DNA of 64,000 nt from an uncultured Gemmatimonadota bacterium (lineage in GTDB: Bacteria > Blakebacterota > Blakebacteria > Blakebacterales > Blakebacteraceae). A program made the position numbers and the translations under genes. The stretch covers positions 1-64,000 of the forward strand of contig CAZNUA010000005.1 of the NCBI GenBank assembly GCA_964576115.1, given 5' to 3'. This document shows, piece by piece, positions 38,228 through 47,718 of the stretch. Every line of letters starts with the position of its first letter. Within the stretch, counting starts at the first letter, position 1. The notes below the pieces were generated by a model. It did not search any database and was not told where the DNA came from. It worked only from the letters and a program-made list of their open reading frames with translations.

Positions 38228-41200
38228 CTACCTGATAATGGCGAACTTGCCGACTCTCTGCCGGCCGTCATCGGTTTTCACGACATAGAGATAGAGGCCG
38301 TACGAGACTTCCATGAACTCGTACGACCAGAGATTCCAGTCCACGGTGCCGATCCGGTCGGAGTTGTAGCCCCGGGCGCCGGACACATCGAGAGCACTGC
38401 CGTGGTGATCCAGGATCGTGATCAGTTCCCCGCTCAGGGTGTAGATGCTGATCCGGCAGTCGGCGGGTACATTCCGGAACTGGATCTTGCGGTCGTTCTC
38501 CCCTGAGTCCCAGGCGGCCGAGACGCAGTAGGGGTTGGGCACGACGGTGATGCGTGACAGATCGATGTCATCGTTGACGATCTGCGGGGCAGAAGTCGAG
38601 AACTCGAAGCTTTCCCCGACGTGGTATTTCAGGGTGCGGTAGGGCCGCAGGATCCAGACATCGCCGGTCGACCAGAGAGCGTGATCGCGATCGCGCTCGG
38701 CGAAGCCCAGCTCGTAGATCCAGTCGGACCGGCTCGAGCTGTCGGCGCCTGCGGCGAGCCAGTAGTCGTCGTCCGTCGGCGGGTGCAGGCTCGAGAAATC
38801 GGTCGGATCGCCGCCGGCGTCAGCATACGGCACGTTCGTGATGACGATTCTGTCGGTGCCGTCCCATTCACCGGCGCGGCTGATCGTGTTCCAGGGAGGA
38901 CCGAGGGCCGCGGAATCGATCACGACCGGGTAGAGCCGCACTCCGCTGTCGATATCCCGTATCTCGAAGGGCACCCGCACCGCCCCCCGGGTCACGGCAT
39001 CGTGAGCCCGGCTCGAATCGGATCCGGCGGGCAGCCAGCCGGTGAAGCGCAGTTCGCAGTCGTCCATGAAACCGGTCAGGCTGGCCCGGTTGTATTCCGG
39101 ACCCGCTTCAGCAAAGCAGGCCCCGGCGGTCCGGACCGAGAAGGAGGTGTCGGGATCGACGTCGACCGTCTGCAGGACGCTGAAAACACCCCCGTTGCCC
39201 CGATTGGGCCGGGTCACCTCGAAGCGGCAGCCATCGAAGACCGGGCTCCAGCCGTCATCCTGGTCCGGGATGCTGCAGGAACGGAGCGCGAAGAGGGTGG
39301 TTTCCATGGTGAGATCTCTGAGCGAAAGCCCCGCTCGATGGGGGTGGTTCGTGACGTTGAGGTAACTGCCGCTGCTGGCTGTCGGGGTGATCTCGAGTCG
39401 GTAGGTATGACCGGCGACCTCGGCCTCGCTCGTGACCTGCAGGCGGATCGAAGCCGAGCGTGAATCGGCGGCCGGCAGGATGGTGACCTCTTCACCTGTG
39501 ACGTCTTCGATTGCGCCCGGTTCGTAGCCGGCCGGGCGGGACGAGGCGATGACGGCCACGACAGTCGGGGATTCCGGTGAAGTTCCCCATTCTGATTCCA
39601 GGGCGGGAGTGAGCTGAATCCCGTTCTGACGCTCCCCATGGTCATAGCCGGTCACGGCGTACCAGTACTCGATTCCCTCCCGGGCTGTGGTATCGGTCCA
39701 GGTGTACTCGAGGCCGCTGTCCGTGCCGAGGTCAAGCCCGCTCAGAGGATCGGTGCCGGTGATTCCGTTGGCCAGGTCCCAGCGGGCGAGCGGCACCCAG
39801 CCGATGAGATTGCCCTCGTCATCGCGCCGGGCGGTGCCCCAGCTCCGGCCCCGGTCGAGCGAGCGGTAGAGGCGGAAGCCTTCGAAATCGTATTGCTCGC
39901 TGTCCCGGTCGCTGCTCGCGAGGCTGTTCTGACCATCCCAGCTCAGGGTGATCGCTGCCCCGGGCGTGTAGGTAATCGGGTAACGATGGATGCGCGGATC
40001 ATAATCCTTGCCGTGAGGTCCGGCCTGCACGCCGTTGGCGCGCAGTCGTGAGGGCGGTGACGGGGCCGAAGGCTCGGTGTACTGATCGGCGAAGAGCCGG
40101 ATGGCCTCGTCGGCGGTGGCCAACAGCTGCGGTTCGGTCTGCCCGCCGACATAGGCCAGGATGTAATCGACGCTCTCTCCGGGAGCCATCGTCAGCGGCC
40201 CCGAGGCGGCGTAGTAATAAAGATCGGCCCCGGTGGACCACGACGGGTAGGCGGTCATGAAATCGGCCTCGTCCTGCAGCAGCACCGGCTGGCCGCCGTT
40301 GCTGTCTGTCTTCCAGACTTTCCCGGCTTCCTCACCCGTCATCAGGGAGATGTCCCCTGAGAGAGCGCCGTAGATAGCGCCCTCGTTGTCGACGATCCGG
40401 TCGCTGTAGTCGAGCAGGGCCAGCCGGGTCAGGATCCGGTCGGGATCGTCGACCGGGGCTCCCGTCTCATCCTGCTTGAAAGAGCCGGTGGGGGTTTCGA
40501 GCCAGAGGGTGCCGACCCAGCCAAGGGGCTCGGTGACAGAGCAACTGCCGTCTTCATACGGGCGGCCGTGGGTGCCGCTCAGGGAGTCGTAGCAGGCCCC
40601 GACGGCGTAAACGAGCTGGCGTTCGCAGTCGTAGCGCAGGCGGGCGCCAGACCGGTCGTTCACGGTCGGGCTGCCCGAATCCACGATCTGACCCAGGTAG
40701 AGGTCGGTGAAGTGCCAGTCGGAGAGATTGTGGAACTCGTACTGGAAGAAGACGATGTCCCGGTCGGCGTTCTGCAGGGCCCGGAAGCGCACCTCGATTC
40801 CGAGCGGTTTGCTCTGACCGTCCCCCTCCCGGTCGGCATAGGCGTCATCGAAAATGCCGTAGCACTCCCGGTCGGTCACCCGCCGCCACTTGCGCCAGGT
40901 GGTGGTCCCCCACCAGACCGCCACGTCGTCTTCGGGGGCGGGCCAGAAACAGTCGGCGGTGCCCCCGTGCGGCCAGGTCATCGGCTGGTCGCTGGTGGCA
41001 AATACCGGGTAATCCCACTGCGGAGTGCTGAACAACTCACCCCGGCTGCCGTCGCGGGCTTCCCAGTCGAGTTTGGTCGTGGAGTGATTGTTGGAGTTTT
41101 CGTGCACGATCGGGGTGGGATGCCAGGGGCCGGCGGGAACGGCGAAGGCGGGCGAAGACTCGAAGATGAACCCGCGGCTGCGACCTTCGGCATTCGGGTA

Positions 41201-41518
41201 GTGCGCCCGGCCGCTGGAGTAGATCCGGCCCGAGATGGTGTTGCCGAAATTGTAGGTGTAGACGACCAGGTCGCTCAGGTCCATGGCTGCGACCGCCCGG
41301 TCGGTGGCCGCGAAGAGACGCTCGAGGGCGGCCGGGTCGGTTTGGTCCAGAGAGCGTTTCAGGCGCCGGGGTTCGTCGGTCCCGGGGCGGGTCGTCTGGG
41401 CCGAGACCGTCCCGGGCGCGATGATGAGGAACAGGGCGAGCAGAGACGTGCGGGCGGACCGGATCCGCTGGTGACGGGGTTCGCGATGCGCACTGTGGAG
41501 ATCGGTGATCATCCTCAC
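38228..41518 (-). CDS. Large secreted protein with FN3-like segment and T9SS-like C-terminal domain (copy B)
   Basis: Signal peptide; YDFEGFRLYRS...EYWYAVTGYD; C-terminus ITVVPNPY...IQFRNVP...IYTLSGE...WNL...YGLYLYVV...GKFAIIR. Confidence 0.8.
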   Translation of the reverse strand: MRMITDLHSAHREPRHQRIRSARTSLLALFLIIAPGTVSAQTTRPGTDEPRRLKRSLDQTDPAALERLFAATDRAVAAMDLSDLVVYTYNFGNTISGRIYSSGRAHYPNAEGRSRGFIFESSPAFAVPAGPWHPTPIVHENSNNHSTTKLDWEARDGSRGELFSTPQWDYPVFATSDQPMTWPHGGTADCFWPAPEDDVAVWWGTTTWRKWRRVTDRECYGIFDDAYADREGDGQSKPLGIEVRFRALQNADRDIVFFQYEFHNLSDWHFTDLYLGQIVDSGSPTVNDRSGARLRYDCERQLVYAVGACYDSLSGTHGRPYEDGSCSVTEPLGWVGTLWLETPTGSFKQDETGAPVDDPDRILTRLALLDYSDRIVDNEGAIYGALSGDISLMTGEEAGKVWKTDSNGGQPVLLQDEADFMTAYPSWSTGADLYYYAASGPLTMAPGESVDYILAYVGGQTEPQLLATADEAIRLFADQYTEPSAPSPPSRLRANGVQAGPHGKDYDPRIHRYPITYTPGAAITLSWDGQNSLASSDRDSEQYDFEGFRLYRSLDRGRSWGTARRDDEGNLIGWVPLARWDLANGITGTDPLSGLDLGTDSGLEYTWTDTTAREGIEYWYAVTGYDHGERQNGIQLTPALESEWGTSPESPTVVAVIASSRPAGYEPGAIEDVTGEEVTILPAADSRSASIRLQVTSEAEVAGHTYRLEITPTASSGSYLNVTNHPHRAGLSLRDLTMETTLFALRSCSIPDQDDGWSPVFDGCRFEVTRPNRGNGGVFSVLQTVDVDPDTSFSVRTAGACFAEAGPEYNRASLTGFMDDCELRFTGWLPAGSDSSRAHDAVTRGAVRVPFEIRDIDSGVRLYPVVIDSAALGPPWNTISRAGEWDGTDRIVITNVPYADAGGDPTDFSSLHPPTDDDYWLAAGADSSSRSDWIYELGFAERDRDHALWSTGDVWILRPYRTLKYHVGESFEFSTSAPQIVNDDIDLSRITVVPNPYCVSAAWDSGENDRKIQFRNVPADCRISIYTLSGELITILDHHGSALDVSGARGYNSDRIGTVDWNLWSYEFMEVSYGLYLYVVKTDDGRQRVGKFAIIR
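38230..38269. repeat. 40-bp exact direct repeat (second copy 44341-44380)
   Basis: acctgataatggcgaacttgccgactctctgccggccgtc at the 3' end of both paralogs. Confidence 0.9.
41204..41272. repeat. 69-bp exact direct repeat (second copy 47282-47350)
   Basis: cgcccggccgctggagtagatccggcccgagatggtgttgccgaaattgtaggtgtagacgaccaggtc read in both paralogs. Confidence 0.9.
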
Positions 41519-41522
41519 GGCC

Positions 41523-44342
41523 TCAGAAACGGATGCGGATACCCGCGTCGATCAGACGGGGCGGGCCCAGGTAGTGGGAACGGTCGTAATAATCGCTGTG
41601 ACCGGTGGTCCCGGGACCGGGATCGTCGGGCCGGCCGGTGTTCCGGTAGACGATGAGTACCCGGCGCCGACCGAGCAGATTCCGGACGGTACAGAAAAGA
41701 CCGGCGTTGACTCCGAAGAAACTGATATCCCGGCCCAGGCGCAGGTCCGCCTGCCAGAATGACGGCAGACGGGCACTGTAGGTTTCGACCGGACCGGCCT
41801 GCGACAGGGGGGTATAGGGGTGGCCCGATTCGGCGTGAACGATCAGGGCTGCGGACCAGAGTTCGAGGGGACGGATGAGCCAGAGACGGGGCCCGTACCC
41901 TTTCGGCGTGCGCAGCAGGGCCGTGAGGGTGAGCTGGTGGGGGATGTCCCAGCCGGCGGGCAGGAGCGAGGCGGGCAGGTCGGCGGCCTGGTGCTGCTCC
42001 CGGAAGCCCTCATAGGGATCATCCCGGGTGATCGTGCTATGAGAATAGGTGTATCGGAGCGTGCCGCTCCAGATTCCTCTGAAACGGCGGCGCAGGCTCA
42101 CGGTCAGACCCCGGGCGGCGGCGTCATCGGTGTTCACGAAGATCGAGAAGGCATAGGGATTGTCGGACCCGGCCAGAAAAGCAGGAACGTATTCGGTGCC
42201 GACCAGATTACGGCTGGTACGGATCCAGAGGGTGCCCTCGATCTGTACCAGGTCACTGAAGGCGTGCCGGAAGCCGTATTCGACCGTGGTGGTACGCTCC
42301 AGGTCGAGCAGGGGATTGCCGAGCAGCGGCTCGGGATCGTCGAGGCGGCCCCGGCGGAACAGGTACTGATAGGCGGGCAGGGAGGCGTAGCGGCCGTAGG
42401 AGAAGAAAATCACCGCGCGTTCCGAGAGAGGGTGGGAAAGCCCGAAGCGGGGGGAGAGGGCGGTCAGCGAACGCTTGCGGGACGGCATCACGTCACTGTC
42501 GAAGGGATCGACCGGTTGCCAGAGTTCGGTGAGCCGGTAGCTGTAGCCGCAGGGATCGCGGAGATCGAGGAAATACGGTAGACGTCCCGGATCCCAGCGG
42601 TCGTAGCGCAGGCCGAGATCGAGGATCAGGTGCGGATACTCCAGCCGGGTGCGCAGATACGCGCCGCTCTCGACCGGATCGTATTCCCAGCGCTGGACCC
42701 GGGCTGCCGGGTGAGCCGGATCGATGATCTCGTTCCGGTTGATCTGGATCGCCCGGCGGGTGAGCCCGGCATGCAGGCGGTAGCGCGCAGCGGGCTGCCA
42801 GGTAGCATCCAGGCGCAGCGTTTTCCAGGTGTTCGATTCATCGGCCCAGAAAGGATCCGAACCGTCCAGGTACTCACGCCCGCCGAGTGAGGCATAGCCG
42901 TAGCGGCGGGCCTCCTCCTCGTACGGATTCCAGAGCCCGGGCTGCAGGGTGACCTGGGTCATGCGGTCGTCCGGCTCCCACTGTGGAGCCCCGGACATCG
43001 TGTGTCCGTAATAGGTGTCGAAAGAGGGATGGTACCCGGCGGCGTTTACCCAGCGGCGGACGGTCATGTCACGCCGGAAGGTCAGCACCGAGGCCCGGCC
43101 TGAGAAACGCAGCTGCGGCGAAGGGGCATGGGTGAATGTCAGTGCCGCCAGATCGCGGGCGCTCTGGAGCAGATTCCGCTCGTTGGGGAAGTCGATCTCG
43201 CCGGTACCCCAGATCGTCCTCTCCGAGGGTGTGTCGCGCCAGGGATCATCCCAGTCGTAGCCCACGGTCCCGATCACGGCGTTCCGCTCGACCTCCCGGG
43301 GCAGTCCCCAGAACATGGCATAGCGGCGGTCGAAGGCGTAGGGAGCCCTTGTCTGGCGGCTCCGGGAGGCGGTGGCTCGCAGGTGGGTTCCGGTCCCCAG
43401 CCGGAGAGACAGCCCGCCGAGCAGATCCCAGGCGGTGTCGAAGCCGTACCCCCACCAGCCGGTAAAGGTGTCCAGCGGGTGGAGCCGGAGACCGTTCGGG
43501 TCCATCTGCCGGTACGGGTCTCCGGTATAGGGTGTGAAGTCGTTCCAGTCCTCGGGCATACCGTAATACGTGATATCGGGATCGCGGCTCGCGGGATCCT
43601 CGGGATCCACATCCAGGTCGAAGACCTTCTCGTCTCTCTTCACCAGGTAATCGCGCCGGAAGGCGGCCGAACCGGAGAGATGGAAGCTCAGAGGCGGCAC
43701 TCCCGGCACCCGGCCGCCGAGGAAAGCCTGGCTCCGGGTCAGGTCCCGCCGGCTGTCCTGCGGACGGCCGCTGAATTCGCTCGAGACGACCTCGGCACTG
43801 CCGGTGAGCCGGCCGGCCGGGCGGCGGGCGATGAGGTTGATCAGGCCACCCCCGGAGCCGGGGGAATCGGCCGGCAGGTTTCCCGCCGCGATGATGAGAC
43901 CCTCGAGCTGGTGGGGGGCGGGCAGCACTGAGTGAATACGCAGCAGGGGATCGGTCAGCTGGATCCCGTCAAGGGTGAAGCAGAGATCCTCGAGTCGCCC
44001 GCCGCGCAGGTGGGATTGCGGGTATCCCCGCTCGGGATAGCCGGGCCTGCCCCCTTCGATGGCCCGGTTCTCGTAGTATACGGTCTGGACCTGCAGGATC
44101 TCCTCCGCGGTTCTCAGGACCGCGGCATGCAGTTCCTCGGGAGCGAGCAGGAGATGGGTGAAGGGAGAGAGCGACACGAGCGTGTCACGGGCAGCAGCTG
44201 ACCGGCCGGTCGAGTCCGCCGCCACGGTTGTCTGGCCGCTGCAGGGAGCGGTTCGTACGATACCGGTTGCCAGCAGGACGAGCAGGACGAGGGGAATGCG
44301 AGGTATTCGTCTTAGATGATCTATACCCATAACCAGCCTCAC
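41523..44342 (-). CDS. TonB-dependent receptor-like outer-membrane protein (copy A)
   Basis: HLRGGR...FTLDG plug; LGLRYD, LSPRFGLSHP, GNPLLDLE; C-terminal GIRIRF; paralog of 35447-38227. Confidence 0.85.
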   Translation of the reverse strand: MRLVMGIDHLRRIPRIPLVLLVLLATGIVRTAPCSGQTTVAADSTGRSAAARDTLVSLSPFTHLLLAPEELHAAVLRTAEEILQVQTVYYENRAIEGGRPGYPERGYPQSHLRGGRLEDLCFTLDGIQLTDPLLRIHSVLPAPHQLEGLIIAAGNLPADSPGSGGGLINLIARRPAGRLTGSAEVVSSEFSGRPQDSRRDLTRSQAFLGGRVPGVPPLSFHLSGSAAFRRDYLVKRDEKVFDLDVDPEDPASRDPDITYYGMPEDWNDFTPYTGDPYRQMDPNGLRLHPLDTFTGWWGYGFDTAWDLLGGLSLRLGTGTHLRATASRSRQTRAPYAFDRRYAMFWGLPREVERNAVIGTVGYDWDDPWRDTPSERTIWGTGEIDFPNERNLLQSARDLAALTFTHAPSPQLRFSGRASVLTFRRDMTVRRWVNAAGYHPSFDTYYGHTMSGAPQWEPDDRMTQVTLQPGLWNPYEEEARRYGYASLGGREYLDGSDPFWADESNTWKTLRLDATWQPAARYRLHAGLTRRAIQINRNEIIDPAHPAARVQRWEYDPVESGAYLRTRLEYPHLILDLGLRYDRWDPGRLPYFLDLRDPCGYSYRLTELWQPVDPFDSDVMPSRKRSLTALSPRFGLSHPLSERAVIFFSYGRYASLPAYQYLFRRGRLDDPEPLLGNPLLDLERTTTVEYGFRHAFSDLVQIEGTLWIRTSRNLVGTEYVPAFLAGSDNPYAFSIFVNTDDAAARGLTVSLRRRFRGIWSGTLRYTYSHSTITRDDPYEGFREQHQAADLPASLLPAGWDIPHQLTLTALLRTPKGYGPRLWLIRPLELWSAALIVHAESGHPYTPLSQAGPVETYSARLPSFWQADLRLGRDISFFGVNAGLFCTVRNLLGRRRVLIVYRNTGRPDDPGPGTTGHSDYYDRSHYLGPPRLIDAGIRIRF

Positions 44343-47300
44343 CTGATAATGGCGAACTTGCCGACTCTCTGCCGGCCGTCGTCTGTTTTCACCACAAAGA
44401 GGTAGAGCCCGTAGGCGACCTCGCGCAGCTCGTAGGAGCGCAGGTTCCAGTCGACGATACCGATCCGGTCGGAGAGATACGAGCCCGAACCGGGCAGATC
44501 GGCGGCGCTGCCGTGGTGGTCAAGAATCGCAACCAGCTCACCACTGATGGTGTAGATCGAGATCGTGCAGTCGGCCGGGACGTTGCGGAACTGGATCTTC
44601 CGCTCGCCTGTTACCGCTTCCCAGGCGGTCCCGGCGCACCAGGGATTGGGAACGACCCGGATGGTTTCGAGGTCGGCTGCGGCGCTCGCGACGGCGGGTG
44701 CCGCGGTCGCGAAGTCATACTCGGTCCCGGCCTGGGATTGCAGGGTTTCGACGGCCCGGATGAACCAGATGTCCCCTGTGTTCCACCGGTTCTGAGCCGG
44801 GTCGGAATGGTAGAATTGCAGGCGGTAGACCCAGTCGGAACGGCTGGCGGGATCGGAGGGCTCGGGTTCCCAGTAGGTATCGTCATCGGGCGGATGGAGG
44901 GCCGCGAAGTCGGTCACCGATCCCCCGGTCGCAAAATAGGGCACGGTCGTCGCGAATATGGGATCCCGACCATCCCACTCCCCCTGGTTGTTTTCGCTCT
45001 GGCCGGCTGCAGCCAGGTCTTCGATCACGGCGTAGAGCCGGGTCTCGGTCTCGATATCCCACAACTCGAAGGGAACCGGGACGCGCCGGCGGGTGGCCAT
45101 GTCGTGAGCGACATTCGAGTCGGCGCCGGCGGGCAGAAAGCCGGTGAAGCGCAGCTCGAGATCGTTTGAGAAACCGGTCAGATTGGCCCGATTGCAGGCC
45201 GGCCCCGCGGCTTCGAAAACAGCTCCGGTCGAGGAAAGATGCTGACGGTTATCTTGACCGGGATCGGTGCTCAGTTCGATATACGCAATACCGCCGTTGC
45301 CGCCGTTCGGTTCGCGAACGGTCAGAAAGAGTCCGTCGAAGAGGAAGGGGCTGGCCGGTTCGCCTCCGTTCAGCTCCGCCACCCGGCGGTTCCGGCAGAT
45401 GAGGCCCGCTTCGCTCGTGACCGTCAGGCCACCCCACCAGGGGTAGATGCCGGCCGAATCGGTACTCGTCGCGGTCACGGTGACGGTGTAGGTCAGGCCG
45501 GTCAGGGCGCTCTCGTCGACTGTCAGGACCTCGATGGTGGGACGCCAACCCTGACCATCCTGCAACGTGAGAACCTGTCGGTCGGAGGTAGCCTCTGACC
45601 CGATCAGTTTGCCCGGTTCATAACCGCCGGGCCGTGAGCCGGGGATGACTGCGATCACGTTCGGATCCGCCGGGCTCTGGCCCAGGGGGGAGGAGAGCGA
45701 GCGCAGGACCGGTCGTTCGTACTCGATCAAACCCCGGTCATAGGCCGTGATGGCATACCAGTACTCCACGCCGTCGAGAACATTGGTGTCGCTCCACCGG
45801 TGCTGCAATCCGGTGTCATCGCCCAGCCAGGTAAATCCGAGCGGATCGGGTCCGGTGACGCCGTCGTCCCGGTCGAACTGTACCCACGGTGTCCAGCCGA
45901 CCCGGTTCCCTTGCGTATCGGTGATCGGCTCCCCCCAGGTGCGGCCCCGATCCAGCGAGCGGAAGACGCGGTAGCCCTCCAGATCCAGCTCGCCCGTTTC
46001 GGGATCGGGTGTGGTTTCCGAGTTCAGACCGTCCCAGACGAGAGTGATCTCCCCGGAGGGGGAATAGGAGAGGGGATAGGCATGCAGGCGGGGGTCGAAC
46101 TGACGGCCGTGGGGGCCGGCCTGCGGTCCGTCGGCCCGCAACGAAGCCGGAGGAGGCGGGGGTCCGGCAGGGACCAGACGGCTGTTGAAGAGGGTGCGGG
46201 CCCGGTCGGCGGTCTGCAGCAGGGCGGTTTCAGTTGCCCCGGCCACCAGCGCGATCACGTACTCCAGGCTCCCCCCCGGCGCCATGGTCAGCGGACCCGA
46301 GGCGGCGTAGTAGAAAAGGTCGCGGTCGGGGATGTTCGCAGTCTGGTGCCAGGCGGTGAAGTGGTCTTCGGTCTGCAGCAGGACCGGCTGCCCGGCGTTC
46401 TGGCTCACCTTCCAGACATCCTCGGCCGCGGTCGGATCCATCAACGAGATGTCCCCTGACAGGGCTCCGTAGAGAGCGGCTTCATCGCCCAGCACCCGGG
46501 TGCTCCAGTCGAGCAGGGCCAGCCGGGTGAGAATCCGGTCGGGGGTCTCGGGACAGTCCCCGTTCTCATCCTCTTTGAAGGATCCGGTCGGCGTCTGCAG
46601 CCACATGGTGCCGACCCAGCCGACGCTCTCTCCCCCGGGGGCGCGGCGGTGGGTACCGGCCACCGGATCGTAATCGCAGCCGACGGCATAGACGAGCTGC
46701 CGCTCGGGATCGTGGTGCAGGAAGGGCTCTGTCGGCTGCCAGTCGTTCACGGTCGGGTTGCCCGAATCCACGATCTGACCCAGATAGACGTCTGTGAAAT
46801 ACCAGGGGGAGGTGTTGGTGAATTCATACTGGAAGAAGACAATGTTGCGGTGTTCGTAGCAGAGCCCGCGAACCCTGACCTCGATCCCCAGCGGCCGGCT
46901 CTGGCCGTCCTGCTCCCGATCGGCGTAGGCGTCGGTGAAAACGGCGTAGACTTCCCGATGCGCGCGACGCTCCCACAGCTTCCAGGTGGTACCGCCGAAC
47001 CAGGGTGCTTCTCCCGCCTCCGGTGCGGGCCAGCCGCTCTGGGGCCAGGTACTGGGGAGGTCGCTGTGGGCCATGAGCGGGTAATGATAGAAGCCGGGGA
47101 CATCGGTGAAGAGCAGCCCCCGCGAACCGTCCAGGGCTTCCCAGTCGAGTTTGGTCGTGGAGTGGTTGTCGGAATTTTCATGCACGATCGGCGAGGAGTG
47201 CCAGGGGCCGGCGGGAACCGCGAAGGCGGGGGAGGACTCGAAGATGAAACCGCGGCTGACGCCTTCCGAATTCGGGTAGTACGCCCGGCCGCTGGAGTAG

Positions 47301-47569
47301 ATCCGGCCCGAGATGGTGTTGCCGAAATTGTAGGTGTAGACGACCAGGTCACTCAGGTCCAGCTGTCCCACCGCCCGGTCGGTGGTTGCGAAGAGGCGCG
47401 CCAGAGCGGCCGGGTCGGTCTGGTCGAGAGGGCGTTTGAGTTCGTGCGGGGGGGTCTGTTGCACGTCCGCCGATCGCGCAGGCTGGGCGTACGTCCGGAT
47501 CGGGCACAGGACGAGACCGGTCAGGATCAGGGAAAAGAAGAACGAACGATATGCCGGCGCGACTCTCAT
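44339..47569 (-). CDS. Large secreted protein with FN3-like segment and T9SS-like C-terminal domain (copy A)
   Basis: Signal peptide from MRVAPAY (ORF track 47887 is overextended); DLEGYRVFRS...EYWYAITAYD; IRVVPNPW...GKFAIIR; paralog of 38228-41518. Confidence 0.8.
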   Translation of the reverse strand: MRVAPAYRSFFFSLILTGLVLCPIRTYAQPARSADVQQTPPHELKRPLDQTDPAALARLFATTDRAVGQLDLSDLVVYTYNFGNTISGRIYSSGRAYYPNSEGVSRGFIFESSPAFAVPAGPWHSSPIVHENSDNHSTTKLDWEALDGSRGLLFTDVPGFYHYPLMAHSDLPSTWPQSGWPAPEAGEAPWFGGTTWKLWERRAHREVYAVFTDAYADREQDGQSRPLGIEVRVRGLCYEHRNIVFFQYEFTNTSPWYFTDVYLGQIVDSGNPTVNDWQPTEPFLHHDPERQLVYAVGCDYDPVAGTHRRAPGGESVGWVGTMWLQTPTGSFKEDENGDCPETPDRILTRLALLDWSTRVLGDEAALYGALSGDISLMDPTAAEDVWKVSQNAGQPVLLQTEDHFTAWHQTANIPDRDLFYYAASGPLTMAPGGSLEYVIALVAGATETALLQTADRARTLFNSRLVPAGPPPPPASLRADGPQAGPHGRQFDPRLHAYPLSYSPSGEITLVWDGLNSETTPDPETGELDLEGYRVFRSLDRGRTWGEPITDTQGNRVGWTPWVQFDRDDGVTGPDPLGFTWLGDDTGLQHRWSDTNVLDGVEYWYAITAYDRGLIEYERPVLRSLSSPLGQSPADPNVIAVIPGSRPGGYEPGKLIGSEATSDRQVLTLQDGQGWRPTIEVLTVDESALTGLTYTVTVTATSTDSAGIYPWWGGLTVTSEAGLICRNRRVAELNGGEPASPFLFDGLFLTVREPNGGNGGIAYIELSTDPGQDNRQHLSSTGAVFEAAGPACNRANLTGFSNDLELRFTGFLPAGADSNVAHDMATRRRVPVPFELWDIETETRLYAVIEDLAAAGQSENNQGEWDGRDPIFATTVPYFATGGSVTDFAALHPPDDDTYWEPEPSDPASRSDWVYRLQFYHSDPAQNRWNTGDIWFIRAVETLQSQAGTEYDFATAAPAVASAAADLETIRVVPNPWCAGTAWEAVTGERKIQFRNVPADCTISIYTISGELVAILDHHGSAADLPGSGSYLSDRIGIVDWNLRSYELREVAYGLYLFVVKTDDGRQRVGKFAIIR

Positions 47570-47640
47570 ACGAACCGATACAGCCCCAGCCTGCATGTTT
47601 CCGATGGCGGGATACTGTCCCGCGGCGCGTCGGGCTGTGA

Positions 47641-47672
47641 ATACGACGTGAGCCGTATGAGCCGCGTTCACA
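47641..47672 (-). promoter_or_regulatory. Candidate ECF sigma promoter for the duplicated module
   Basis: Minus strand TGTGAAC-N17-CGTCGTAT about 70 nt upstream of 47569. Confidence 0.5.
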
Positions 47673-47718
47673 CTCCCGGGCCGGGCTCTGCCGGGGGCAG
47701 GAGAAGGTCGGGCGGAGA

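Noticed and set aside
38228-47569. Diversity-generating retroelement or CRISPR explanation for the repeats
   Set aside because: No reverse transcriptase or cas genes; the repeats are in-frame parts of paralogous genes with no adenine-specific pattern or spacer structure.
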